Assembly: GCA_030550585.1 (NCBI GenBank)
Contig: JAUQPB010000001.1
Span: forward strand, 608,001 to 672,000
Direction: 5' to 3'
Source: Thermoproteota archaeon
Lineage (GTDB): Archaea > Thermoproteota > Thermoprotei_A > Sulfolobales > Ignisphaeraceae
DNA: 64,000 bases
A program made the position numbers and the translations under genes. This document shows, in pieces, positions 1 to 9,193 of the stretch. Under the pieces are notes generated by a model. The model did no database searches and was not told where the DNA came from. It saw nothing but the letters and a program-made list of their open reading frames with translations. Position 1 is the stretch's first letter. Every line of letters starts with the position of its first letter.

Positions 1-41
1 AACTACATCTAAGAAAATTCATAACCCATGAAGAAGTTGGT

Positions 42-1478
42 ATGGGGCAAAATCAGTTTAGGTGCTTTTATCTAGCGTTCCATCCAGTAAATGGTTCGCT
101 GGTTGTACATGAGGGGCACTCAGGAAGAGTTTACATGGATGGAAGGCTCATCTATGGGTATGAACTGGTTGGCAAACCTCCAAGAGCTGGGGGAGACACC
201 CACGGGGCTATCACATGGAATAGAGACTATGTCTTCTTTGGCGGTTGGGTGAAGGCGCCTCCAGGGCTTTTGATTGCAAGTGATAGAACCTTGGCTAAAC
301 AGGATATGAGGGAGAAGTATAGTCATATACATGCTATTGATGATGGTGGTAGGGTGGAGCTTATATGGTCTAGGAAATGGGATGATAAACTCCCTCCAAA
401 TCACTGGTATGGGGAGGTGACAGATCTTCTTTATGATGGGCATGAGGATGCAATCTATTTTACGAGAGCCGATGGATATGCAGAGCTTGGTCTCTGGAGA
501 ATAAACGTGTCGAGTAGAAGAGCCGAGTGGATTGTTCGAAACAGAACTGTTTACAAGATGGAAATGAAGGACGACAAGATATTTGCCACCTTATTTAACC
601 CTGCTCACATGGAGAAATCGGCTATTGTAGTTTTCGACACCTTGAGAAATGAAACTAGAATTGTAGAGGAATTCAACTTTGCTTTAGAGCCTGGAAGAAA
701 AGTTTCTATGTATCGCGATGGCGGTCAGATAGTCCAATTACAGAATAGATTGATAGCATTTTACGGAGGTTCTATGATAGTTGTTGATCCCTATAGAGAT
801 AGCTACACCTTGTATCCATTTCTAGAGGTAGCAGGTTCGAAGGAAAATGCTGTTATACCCAACCCAGAAAGACCCCTATATATACCCGGGCTAAGAACAC
901 AGAAAATATATCCAATGGGGGTTCCAGTAATCGCTGCAAACCCATATGAGGGCTCTACAGAGCCGTTCCACAAAACAACATTCGGAATGATATTGAGAAT
1001 AGATTCTGTATCGCCACAGATAATATCATCTGCAGGATTCATATCAGGTATAGCAACAGATGGAGAATATGCATACTTTGGAGCATCATATGCTAACCAC
1101 TGCCCACATTACACATATAGAACAGGCGATGGAGGCATATTTGCAGTACCAATAAAAGATCTGTTCGCAAAGCCGTGGAATCCCATAAGACTATGGATAT
1201 ACGATGGAATGTACAGCCAAGAATCGTCAGGGTTATTCGGATGGTTTGGAGGCATACCACTAAAAGGCTTTGAAAAGAAGATTCTTAGAATATACACATC
1301 AAAAGAAGCAAAGATTAGAATAGCGGAATACACAATGCTAGGCATAAGCATAGAAGAAGATGTTGCAGTGAAAACGGGTTGGAACACAATATCACTTGAA
1401 AACCACTATGACATAGTAGCATTCAAGATCCTAGAAAATGTTGATAAAATCCTTGCCGAAATAATTTTAGAGCCGTAG
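42..1478 (+). CDS. DUF2139 (COG4697) family archaeal protein, probably all-beta/propeller-like
   Basis: Motifs ELVGxxPRAGGDT, YVFFGGWVxAP, KYSHIH and WYGEVTDLLYD...RADG match my recollection of DUF2139 proteins; no signal peptide. Confidence 0.7.
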   Translation: MGQNQFRCFYLAFHPVNGSLVVHEGHSGRVYMDGRLIYGYELVGKPPRAGGDTHGAITWNRDYVFFGGWVKAPPGLLIASDRTLAKQDMREKYSHIHAIDDGGRVELIWSRKWDDKLPPNHWYGEVTDLLYDGHEDAIYFTRADGYAELGLWRINVSSRRAEWIVRNRTVYKMEMKDDKIFATLFNPAHMEKSAIVVFDTLRNETRIVEEFNFALEPGRKVSMYRDGGQIVQLQNRLIAFYGGSMIVVDPYRDSYTLYPFLEVAGSKENAVIPNPERPLYIPGLRTQKIYPMGVPVIAANPYEGSTEPFHKTTFGMILRIDSVSPQIISSAGFISGIATDGEYAYFGASYANHCPHYTYRTGDGGIFAVPIKDLFAKPWNPIRLWIYDGMYSQESSGLFGWFGGIPLKGFEKKILRIYTSKEAKIRIAEYTMLGISIEEDVAVKTGWNTISLENHYDIVAFKILENVDKILAEIILEP

Positions 1479-1729
1479 GCAACATTTAAAACACAATCGT
1501 TTCTTGCATTTCCATTTTTTATAAAAATCGTAGGAGGTCAAAACTCTCTATCAGCAATCTCAAAGCTTCTGAAAGAAGTATAGGAACTTGTATGAGCAAC
1601 TTCAGATGAGGTCGTAGATAGCATAGCTTTTATACTTTAGCATACATCCAAAAACCTTTGTCTCTATAACAACTTATTGTCAGTTAATATTTTATTTAAA
1701 GTTTTTATAGATAGGTATATAACAATAGG

Positions 1730-1737
1730 TTTATAAA
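1730..1737 (+). promoter_or_regulatory. Archaeal TATA box (TTTATAAA) of the GH148-like gene
   Basis: TTTATAAA about 36 nt before ATG 1774; SD-like GAGGAGGGT lies in between. Confidence 0.6.
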
Positions 1738-1773
1738 GTAAAGAATGGCATCAAAATATGAGGAGGGTAATGT

Positions 1774-4317
1774 ATGACAAACACAAAAATGAGTATTTCA
1801 GCATTGGCAGCATTATTGATCATCATAATGTCTATTGTATCTGGTGTGGCAGGATATTTGATAGGCTCCTCAAAATCTTCGACCATGACTCAAACCTATG
1901 TTTACACATCGATAATTTCAAATACAATAGAGGTGCCAACAACCATAACCGTTCCTACAACAATTCCTACAACACTGTCGTTACCGCCCTCCACAGTTAT
2001 AATACCTTACACAACAACAATATCAAGTGTCATGCCCACAACTGTTTTTACTACTACAACTACGATTAGCACTATTACAATGAGGAGCACTATTACAGTC
2101 ACAGTGACGGGTCAGCCTATGACTATACCAACTGGCGATAGACTATTCCCATTTTACTTTCCTTGGAACGATGCAATGCAAACAGATATAAGCTTAGCTA
2201 CATATATAGACAAGCCCGCCGGTAAATACGGGCCTGTTACTGTTGGGTCTGATGGTCATTTGTATGTTGGTGGTAAGAGGATTAGGTTCTTGGGCGTTAG
2301 TGTTGTAGCTACCGGCGCGTTTCCATCGAAAGAAGAGGCTGACATTATAGCAGCTAGACTGGCAAAATATGGTATAAATCTTGTTAGATTCCATGCCATA
2401 GACGCTAATTGGGAGCCTAACAACAACATATTCTCGCCTCCAGGAACAAGACAACTGAATTTGAAGAACTTAGACAGAATGGACTATTTTATTGCCGCTC
2501 TAAAAAGAAATGGAATATACATTGACCTCAATCTTATGTGTTATAGACAATTCTCTTCAGCCGATGGGTTGCCGAGCGAGGTAAATACAATGCAGGTTAA
2601 GGATCAGCATCTCCTACCATTCTTCTATGATCCTGCTAGGCAGCTTGTAAAGGAGTTTGCAAGGCAGTTGCTGACGCATGTGAATCCGTATACGGGCTTG
2701 TCGTATGCTGATGACCCTGCAGTAGCCTTTATAGAGATCTTGAATGAGTATGGAATGACATTTGGTTGGTTTGATGGCGCTGTTGACAGGCTTCCACAGG
2801 TCTTTAGAAATGCCTTGAGAGAGAAGTGGAATGAATTTCTAATAAGCAAGTATGGCACAACAGAAAATCTTGCCAAGGCATGGGGAAAAAGCCTTTTACC
2901 TGGCGAGAGTCTAGAGAACAAAACAGTTGATGTATTCAACTATGCAGACATTATGATAAAAAGACCTACTCTTCAAGCAAGGCTTGACTGGGCTGAGTTT
3001 CTATGGCAGCTCGACTACGACTATTTTATGGATATGTACAGTTTTTTGAAGAATGAGTTGAAGGTTAAGGCTGTTGTTATTGGTACGCAGTCTGCTTGGG
3101 GTGGGCTGCCGAATGTTATGGCTCGGCTTGATGCTGTTGATTCTCATCATTATTGGAGGTATCCTGAGGGTAGTGGCAGTATTTGGTATGTTGTGAACGA
3201 CCCTATGGTGAACAATCCAACCTTTAACACAATGTCCCAGCTAGCATTTAGAAGCGTATATGGAAAGCCATTTACTGTCAGCGAGTATAACCACCCAGCA
3301 CCAAACATGTATAGAGCCGAAGGATTTGCATTCCTACCAGCTTTCGCAGCATTCCAAGACTGGGACGCCATAATGCCATACAACTACGGCCCGTGGACCT
3401 CAAGACAGATGGCGCTTGCTAGCTGGAACTCAGGAAGAATGAGAGGAACACTAGACTTTGATCAAGACCCTGTTAGATGGGCTCTAATGCTAACATCATA
3501 CTTCCTATTTGTTAGAGGAGATGTAAGCCCAGCAAAACAACTTGTAGTTGCCGAAATGACGAAATCTAAGGAGCTGGATCTAGTAGCAAATAGGGTTGCA
3601 AGTGTCTGGAATCTTCCAAACGCTGGACAACTAAATGTTCCATACTATGTCCCACTAATACACGGATTCAGAATGATTGTAGATAATACCACCCTACCGA
3701 CAGACGCTCTTTCACCAGAGGATGTAGCACCTCCAACAGATAATGTTATTAGGTCTGATACTGGAGAGCTTGTATGGGATTGCAGCATTCCCAATAGATG
3801 TGTGTTTATTGTTAATACGAGTAAGAGTATTGTTTTGACGGGTTATGTGAGTGGGAGGAGATTCGACTTTGGAGCAGTATCTATAGAGGTTGGAGACACT
3901 CTACTAGATGGCTGGGCAACAATAGCTCTACACGTTCTAGATGGCAATAGCTTCCAAGACGCAAAAAGAATACTTGTCATAGCCATTGGAACAGGATTCA
4001 ACAACAACATGCCCATATACAACTACGACAACAGACAACTACTATTCAGAACATCAACAAACCTAACAAAAGACCAGCTAGCTAGTTTATATAGAATGAG
4101 AATATCCACATTTGATAATTGGGGCTCGGCTCCAACCATTGTAGAGGGTATTGAGGCTAACATAACTATCAAGACCAATAAAAATGTTATATGCTGGGCT
4201 CTAGACAATATAGGCGAAAAGGCTGGAACACTAAGCCCAATTAGATCTGGAGATCAATGGAATATAAAAATATTGCCGACATATAGAACACTATTATATG
4301 AAATATTAGTATATTAA
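1774..4317 (+). CDS. Membrane-anchored clan GH-A glycoside hydrolase, GH148-like (beta-glucanase-like), with Thr/Pro-rich linker
   Basis: N-terminal hydrophobic helix and T/P/S-rich stalk; motifs RLAKYGINLVRFH, LDRMDYFIAALKRNGIYIDLNL, HVNPYTGLSYADDPAVAFIEILNE (acid/base E325) and KPFTVSEYNH (nucleophile E504). Confidence 0.75.
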   Translation: MTNTKMSISALAALLIIIMSIVSGVAGYLIGSSKSSTMTQTYVYTSIISNTIEVPTTITVPTTIPTTLSLPPSTVIIPYTTTISSVMPTTVFTTTTTISTITMRSTITVTVTGQPMTIPTGDRLFPFYFPWNDAMQTDISLATYIDKPAGKYGPVTVGSDGHLYVGGKRIRFLGVSVVATGAFPSKEEADIIAARLAKYGINLVRFHAIDANWEPNNNIFSPPGTRQLNLKNLDRMDYFIAALKRNGIYIDLNLMCYRQFSSADGLPSEVNTMQVKDQHLLPFFYDPARQLVKEFARQLLTHVNPYTGLSYADDPAVAFIEILNEYGMTFGWFDGAVDRLPQVFRNALREKWNEFLISKYGTTENLAKAWGKSLLPGESLENKTVDVFNYADIMIKRPTLQARLDWAEFLWQLDYDYFMDMYSFLKNELKVKAVVIGTQSAWGGLPNVMARLDAVDSHHYWRYPEGSGSIWYVVNDPMVNNPTFNTMSQLAFRSVYGKPFTVSEYNHPAPNMYRAEGFAFLPAFAAFQDWDAIMPYNYGPWTSRQMALASWNSGRMRGTLDFDQDPVRWALMLTSYFLFVRGDVSPAKQLVVAEMTKSKELDLVANRVASVWNLPNAGQLNVPYYVPLIHGFRMIVDNTTLPTDALSPEDVAPPTDNVIRSDTGELVWDCSIPNRCVFIVNTSKSIVLTGYVSGRRFDFGAVSIEVGDTLLDGWATIALHVLDGNSFQDAKRILVIAIGTGFNNNMPIYNYDNRQLLFRTSTNLTKDQLASLYRMRISTFDNWGSAPTIVEGIEANITIKTNKNVICWALDNIGEKAGTLSPIRSGDQWNIKILPTYRTLLYEILVY

Positions 4318-4324
4318 ACATTAC

Positions 4325-4332
4325 TCTTTTTT
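4325..4332 (+). terminator. Oligo-T terminator after the GH148-like gene
   Basis: CTCTTTTTT tract about 10 nt after stop 4317, in a convergent intergenic gap. Confidence 0.45.
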
Positions 4333-4359
4333 AAGATCTTAGCCTACTTCTTCAAAACT

Positions 4360-5616
4360 TTACGACCTCATCATCAGATATGCCATTATCTTTGCATCCT
4401 CAATCAAGTTGTTTATATTGCTATACTCGTTTGGCATGTGAGCAGTATTGTCTATTGTTGCCCATGCAACAGCTGGTATACCCAGTTTCCTGAAGCTGGA
4501 CGCCAATGTTCCACCTCCTATCCCTCCAATAACCGGCTCTACACCTCTCAGCTCTTTTAGTGCTTGAATCAATGTTTTTACTATTGGAGAGTCTGCTGAT
4601 GTTGGTGGTGGAGAGTCGAATCGATTTATGACCTCAATCTCTATCTCTGGATACACATTCTTTTCGACCTCTTTTAAAAACACCTCCCTTACAGTAGAGG
4701 CAACGTTTTTGAAGCTCTTTAGAAGTTCGTCAACGGGATACTCGGGCAATATTCTGCAGTCTATAACAACTTCGTGTTCTCCTGGAATAATGTTTGGTGA
4801 TCCGGCTGTGTTTCTAGCCATTGTCGGTTCACAAGTTGTGTATGGAGGGTCGAATAAGGGGTTTTCTGATCCAAATCTATTGGCTATAAGGATGTTCACT
4901 AAGTGCAGAAACTCTATAGCAACTTTATGTGGGTTAACACCTCTATGTGGAGTACTAGCATGTACTTGAAGGCCCTTGAACCTGATTTTTAGCCATAGAA
5001 TGCTCTTTTCAGCAATCTCTATGAACCTCCCATCGCTTTTCCCATAGTCTGGAACCAGAGCAACATCGTTTTTGTTGAAAAGCTCTGGATAGTTACTGAC
5101 AATGTATTCCATTCCATATCTAGAGCCAGCCTCTTCATCGCTAACAAATGCAAGTACAATGGTTCTCCTAGGCTTGGCCCCAGCATCGATAACAGCTTTT
5201 GCTGCTAGAAGAGATGACACTATCGCCTGTCCATTATCTTCAGCGCCTCTTCCATAAACCCTTCCACCAATAAACCTAGGCTCAAAAGGTTTTGTAATGG
5301 TCCACGCATTTAGATTCCCAGGTGGTACAACATCTAAGTGTGACACTATCCAAAGTTTTTCGCTGGTCTCACCCCTAATAAAGACCAGTATGTTTGGTCT
5401 AACACCATTTTTAGCCCTAGAATCATTCACATAGATTGTCTTAACCTCGCCAAGACCCCAGTTCTTGACAGTTTCGAGAATATACATAGCTTTATCATAT
5501 TCGCCTTCACCACCATAATCAGGGTTCACACCCCCCTTCGATATAATGTCCATCAAAAGCTTTACAGCATATTCGCGCATTCCGTCAATTCTATTCAAAA
5601 TATCTTTGAGCATCAT
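4360..5616 (-). CDS. M20 family metallopeptidase / succinyl-diaminopimelate desuccinylase-like (DapE/ArgE)
   Basis: SHLDVVP, YGRGAEDNG, SDEEAGS and AHMPNE metal-binding motifs. Confidence 0.9.
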   Translation of the reverse strand: MMLKDILNRIDGMREYAVKLLMDIISKGGVNPDYGGEGEYDKAMYILETVKNWGLGEVKTIYVNDSRAKNGVRPNILVFIRGETSEKLWIVSHLDVVPPGNLNAWTITKPFEPRFIGGRVYGRGAEDNGQAIVSSLLAAKAVIDAGAKPRRTIVLAFVSDEEAGSRYGMEYIVSNYPELFNKNDVALVPDYGKSDGRFIEIAEKSILWLKIRFKGLQVHASTPHRGVNPHKVAIEFLHLVNILIANRFGSENPLFDPPYTTCEPTMARNTAGSPNIIPGEHEVVIDCRILPEYPVDELLKSFKNVASTVREVFLKEVEKNVYPEIEIEVINRFDSPPPTSADSPIVKTLIQALKELRGVEPVIGGIGGGTLASSFRKLGIPAVAWATIDNTAHMPNEYSNINNLIEDAKIMAYLMMRS

Positions 5617-5859
5617 TTACTTCACCAGCTATCAATCTACGACAAACTTTCTAAACCCTTTCTAAATGCTTATGAAGTTTGGGTAAAACAAAAACTTTGT
5701 TGAAATCAAATAGACTATATTCTCAAATTCGTCTTAAATGTTTCAATGGTGCTCTAGAGCTTTAAACACTGTTTGTAGCTTGTTGGCTCATATGCTCTTT
5801 CATCTATAGACATGCAATGCTAAATTTATGCGAAATTCTTGTGTGCATAAGCATAAGAG

Positions 5860-5867
5860 TATATAAA
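5860..5867 (+). promoter_or_regulatory. TATA box of tRNA-Trp
   Basis: TATATAAA preceded by purine-rich BRE-like ATAAGAG, about 40 nt upstream of the mature tRNA 5' end. Confidence 0.6.
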
Positions 5868-5906
5868 GGCTGGGAGGCAATGACTATTATCTGGATGAAA
5901 TTTGGA

Positions 5907-6043
5907 GGGCCCGTAGCTCAGCTAGGTAGAGCGGCGGGCTCCAGCTAGACTCTATGGGTCTGTCGACCGTATGGGATGAGAGGAGGCTGGAGCGTTGAGG
6001 GGAGACCCGTAGGTCGGGGGTTCAAATCCCCCCGGGCCCACCA
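5907..6043 (+). tRNA. tRNA-Trp(CCA) with a 60-nt intron at 37/38 (5945-6004) and an encoded 3' CCA
   Basis: Acceptor GGGCCCG/CGGGCCC, D-arm GCTC/GAGC, anticodon stem GCGGG/CCCGT with CT-CCA-G|A, T-arm GGGGG-TTCAAAT-CCCCC, then ACCA; BHB-like helix CTCC/GGGG with AG|C and AG|A bulges. Confidence 0.95.
5945..6004 (+). ncRNA. tRNA-Trp intron-encoded box C/D guide RNA (predicts Cm34 and Cm39)
   Basis: Guide TATGGGTCT + D' TCGA pairs with AGACCCGTA (+5 rule gives C39). C' GGGATGA, then guide GGCTGGAGC + D TTGA pairs with GCTCCAGCT (+5 rule gives C34). Box C is degenerate. Confidence 0.8.
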
Positions 6044-6048
6044 CCTAC

Positions 6049-6717
6049 CTATTCCAAACACTTGGCTAGATGTGGAAAGCTTGTTTTAATTGTCTCTATC
6101 CTAGTGATCGCTGGAGGGTGGGCAGAGAGAAGCGTTGAAACAACATCTCTACTGTTTTTCTCTCCTTGGCTAAGAAGTATAAGGAGTCTTAGATAGGAGC
6201 AGGGGTTTGAAGCATTCGACACAGCGAATAGATCTGCTTCTAACTCATATCTTCTTGCTATATACCTTAGAGTTATCTGAATGATGATGTACACGGCTAC
6301 AAACATCGATATTAGCAATATCATATCTGTTAATGTTTCTACAAATTGCAGAATATAGATAGTGGTGCCAACGATTATAGAGAGTAGTGCTACAGCGATG
6401 AGCGTCATCTTTATGCTGTGTCTAAATTTGCAATGAGCATATTCGTGTAGCAATACAGCCTCTATATAATCTGCCGGAAGATTGCGAAGAGCACTAGTCA
6501 CAACAACTGTTCTACATGTAATTCCGAATACAAGTGCGTTATAGAATGGCGCATCCGATTCTTTGATATTTTTAAAGGGTTTTACACCTATTCTCATTGC
6601 TATCCTATTTGAGAGACTTGAGAGTAGCAAATCGTTTATAGGTCTTGCTCTAAGCCACCATAGCCTAAGTCTTATAAATCTCGCCAACATATTTTGGCGC
6701 TGTTTACCAGTTGCCAT
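6049..6717 (-). CDS. M48/HtpX-like membrane zinc metalloprotease
   Basis: AVLLHEYAH, ELEADLFA and HPPAITRI motifs plus two TM helices. Confidence 0.85.
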   Translation of the reverse strand: MATGKQRQNMLARFIRLRLWWLRARPINDLLLSSLSNRIAMRIGVKPFKNIKESDAPFYNALVFGITCRTVVVTSALRNLPADYIEAVLLHEYAHCKFRHSIKMTLIAVALLSIIVGTTIYILQFVETLTDMILLISMFVAVYIIIQITLRYIARRYELEADLFAVSNASNPCSYLRLLILLSQGEKNSRDVVSTLLSAHPPAITRIETIKTSFPHLAKCLE

Positions 6718-6974
6718 AGCATCGAATCACATTCGACAAGGCTTTGAATATAATTGATATTATGTAATCATCTTTAAATGTTTTTGATACTGGATTAACC
6801 CACTTCATTATCAGGATACCTGCTGCATATCCGAAACTTGTATAAAATGCTTGATATAGCTATCACAAGATCTTTATAAAGTGTGATGTGTGGCAAGCAG
6901 AGAATGTGTGGCGTTGATTAATAGTGTAAGATAATATAATAATGGGTTAGAATTTATCGATGTAATATGAAGGT

Positions 6975-7598
6975 TTATATAACCTCTGAGAGGTGTTGCT
7001 CTATATACTGTGCATGGTCAACTATCCTCTCTATGTGCCTCATTAGCAGCGCCTTTACAGCTTTTTCTCTTGGTACAACATCGCTAGTTGTTATCTCTCT
7101 TAGTATCTCCTGGTACTCTTTATCAACATGTTCGTCAACTTCGTTGACTATGGCTATTCTCTTTGGTGAAAAGTCTATGAGATCGTTTAGTGCAGCATCC
7201 AATGCCTTTAGAGCTTCTTTAAATATGCTGGAAATGTTTTGTATGGTTGATATTGCCGAGACTGGTGCTAGCAAAGAGTCTATTCTCGCTATTTCTCTAC
7301 AGTAACGAGATATTCTATACACATCATATGCTATGCTTATTAATGCATGTGCCGATAGAAGCTCTTTGCCTAGGGGCTGTCTCCTAGCTATGAAAACCAG
7401 AACCTCTGTAACAAATTCTCTTCTAATTTTATCTAATATCATTGACAAATTGTCTATCTCTTTCCAGAGCCTCTTTCTATCCTCTAAATTACTCGTTGAA
7501 ATCAAGCTCATTGTATGTTTGGCTATAGCCTTGGTGTTTTCAGCCATGTGAAGCAATATCACTTTGAGTTTCTCAAGCTCTGAGACCGTTATAGACAA
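6975..7598 (-). CDS. phoU: Phosphate uptake regulator PhoU
   Basis: RQPLGKEL, DVYRISRY and RHIERIVDHA PhoU repeats; last gene of the pst operon. Confidence 0.9.
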   Translation of the reverse strand: MSITVSELEKLKVILLHMAENTKAIAKHTMSLISTSNLEDRKRLWKEIDNLSMILDKIRREFVTEVLVFIARRQPLGKELLSAHALISIAYDVYRISRYCREIARIDSLLAPVSAISTIQNISSIFKEALKALDAALNDLIDFSPKRIAIVNEVDEHVDKEYQEILREITTSDVVPREKAVKALLMRHIERIVDHAQYIEQHLSEVI

Positions 7599-8348
7599 TT
7601 ATATCTCACCTCTCAAAAGCTTTTGAGCAAGTTCTGTGGTTGGTCTTAAAAATATTTGGTTTGCTGGTCCCTGCTCAACAATTCTACCATCGTAAACAAT
7701 GGTTACATAGTCTGCAACTCTTGCTGCTTGATGCGGGTAGTGTGTAACCATAATAACTGTAATCTCATCTTTTAGAGAGACTATAGCCTCCTCAAGTTTT
7801 CTGGCATTAACAGGGTCTATGTTTGCAGTTGGCTCGTCTAGCAATAGAAGCTTTGGCTTCATGGCAAGAGCCCTTGCTAGACAGAGTCTCTGTTTTTGCC
7901 CTCCGCTAAGCTGATGAGGATAGTCATAGAGTCTATCTTTAACCTCGTCCCAAAGCATGGCCTTTTCAAGAGCCCATCTAACAACAGCATCAAGGTCTTT
8001 TCTATTCTTAGCAACGCCATTGATTTTGGCTGCTATCGCAACATTGTCATATATGGTCATATGTGGGAATGGGTTGGGGGTTTGGAACACCATCCCTATA
8101 TATCTTCTGAGCTCATATGGATCCTTCTTCAGCGCATCAAAGCCTAGGACTTTTACCGTACCCTCAACTCTAGCATCACGATTTACATCTATAAGTCTGT
8201 TTATAACCCTGAGGATGGTTGTTTTTCCAGAGCCTGAGGGGCCCATAATGACATAGACGGAGTTGTACGGAATCTTCAAACTTATGTTCTTTAGTATATG
8301 TCTATTGCCTATATACACATTGACATTCTCCATCTCAACAGCATACAC
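7599..8348 (-). CDS. pstB: Phosphate ABC transporter ATP-binding protein
   Basis: GPSGSGKTT, GMVFQxPNPFP, LSGGQKQRLCLARA, LLLDEPT. Confidence 0.95.
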   Translation of the reverse strand: MYAVEMENVNVYIGNRHILKNISLKIPYNSVYVIMGPSGSGKTTILRVINRLIDVNRDARVEGTVKVLGFDALKKDPYELRRYIGMVFQTPNPFPHMTIYDNVAIAAKINGVAKNRKDLDAVVRWALEKAMLWDEVKDRLYDYPHQLSGGQKQRLCLARALAMKPKLLLLDEPTANIDPVNARKLEEAIVSLKDEITVIMVTHYPHQAARVADYVTIVYDGRIVEQGPANQIFLRPTTELAQKLLRGEI

Positions 8349-9193
8349 TATAACTTCACCCCTCTAACAGCTAACTTAGTGGCAATGAAAATAATTAGAT
8401 ATGCAATTAACAGCAGTGCTGCAGCACCCCATGCAATCTCCTGGAAGTTTCTGTAGGGGGTAAGTATATAGTCGAATATTAGAAGTGGTAATGCATCTGT
8501 TGGCCCTAGAATAGATGTTGATACACCTATTCTATACCTCCCAACAGTAAATAGCAGCGCGGCTGTTTCGCCGAGTATTCTAGCCATGGTCATAAGAACT
8601 GTCACTAAAACACCTCTTCTTATAATTGGCAGAAAAACCCTTGTGACTGTTTTCCATCTAGACATAGCTATAGAATATGCGGCTTCTCTATATGTTTCTG
8701 GTATTGAGCGCAGATATGTTGAGAAGTATGTGTATGCATATGGGAGAGAAACTATTGTTAATGCCACAACACCTGCAAGAGTTGAGAAGGTTCCCATGGG
8801 AACTACAACAAGGAGGTATACAACCATTGAAACCGCTATTGTTGGAATACTAGCCAGAGACTTTGCAACAACATCAACAGCTATCGACAGAGGATTTCTA
8901 GGAAACTCGTTAACCATGATGGAAGAGAACAAGGCTATCACAATTGTTATTGGGAGGGCTAGTGCTGTTAGCATTAGAGAGCCTACTAGCGACGGTGCTA
9001 TACCGCCAACATCTTTTGATGTTGGTGCTGGTGGGATGCTTGTGAAGAAACTGGGGCCAGCTCTAATGATAACTGACAGTCCGTTAGCCAAGGTTACTAC
9101 TATCAAGTGTATGACTGGTGTGATGGCTATGATAGACAGTATCAGTATTACGGCAAAAAATATTCTATCCTTTAATTTTCTCCACTTATACAA
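8348..9193 (-). CDS. pstA: Phosphate ABC transporter permease
   Basis: GGIAPSLVGS, EAA loop (YREAAYSIA), ARILGETAALL. Confidence 0.92.
   Translation of the reverse strand: MYKWRKLKDRIFFAVILILSIIAITPVIHLIVVTLANGLSVIIRAGPSFFTSIPPAPTSKDVGGIAPSLVGSLMLTALALPITIVIALFSSIMVNEFPRNPLSIAVDVVAKSLASIPTIAVSMVVYLLVVVPMGTFSTLAGVVALTIVSLPYAYTYFSTYLRSIPETYREAAYSIAMSRWKTVTRVFLPIIRRGVLVTVLMTMARILGETAALLFTVGRYRIGVSTSILGPTDALPLLIFDYILTPYRNFQEIAWGAAALLLIAYLIIFIATKLAVRGVKL

Noticed and set aside
1774-1850. Class III (bindosome-type) signal peptide on the GH148-like enzyme (KMS|ISAL)
   Set aside because: Residue -2 is Met, not Lys/Arg, so the PibD consensus fails; treated as an uncleaved or class I anchor.
1758-2069. 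103-aa His/Asn/Tyr-rich ORF
   Set aside because: Alternative frame of the Thr-rich ACN-codon linker of the GH148-like gene.
4320-4373. Possible C/D sRNA on the minus strand at the M20 3' end (ATGATGA-12 nt-TTGA)
   Set aside because: No credible C' or terminal D box follows.
6011-6049. tRNA-Trp 3' end as an integration (att) site
   Set aside because: No duplicate of the tRNA 3' half noticed in the window and no integrase; flanking genes look chromosomal.
6790-6915. Hairpin GGATAC-N7-ATATCC, CTGA/ATGAAG-like words and an ATGTGTGGC direct repeat upstream of the M48 gene
   Set aside because: Box set is incomplete and the repeats are short; compatible with chance or an ordinary operator.
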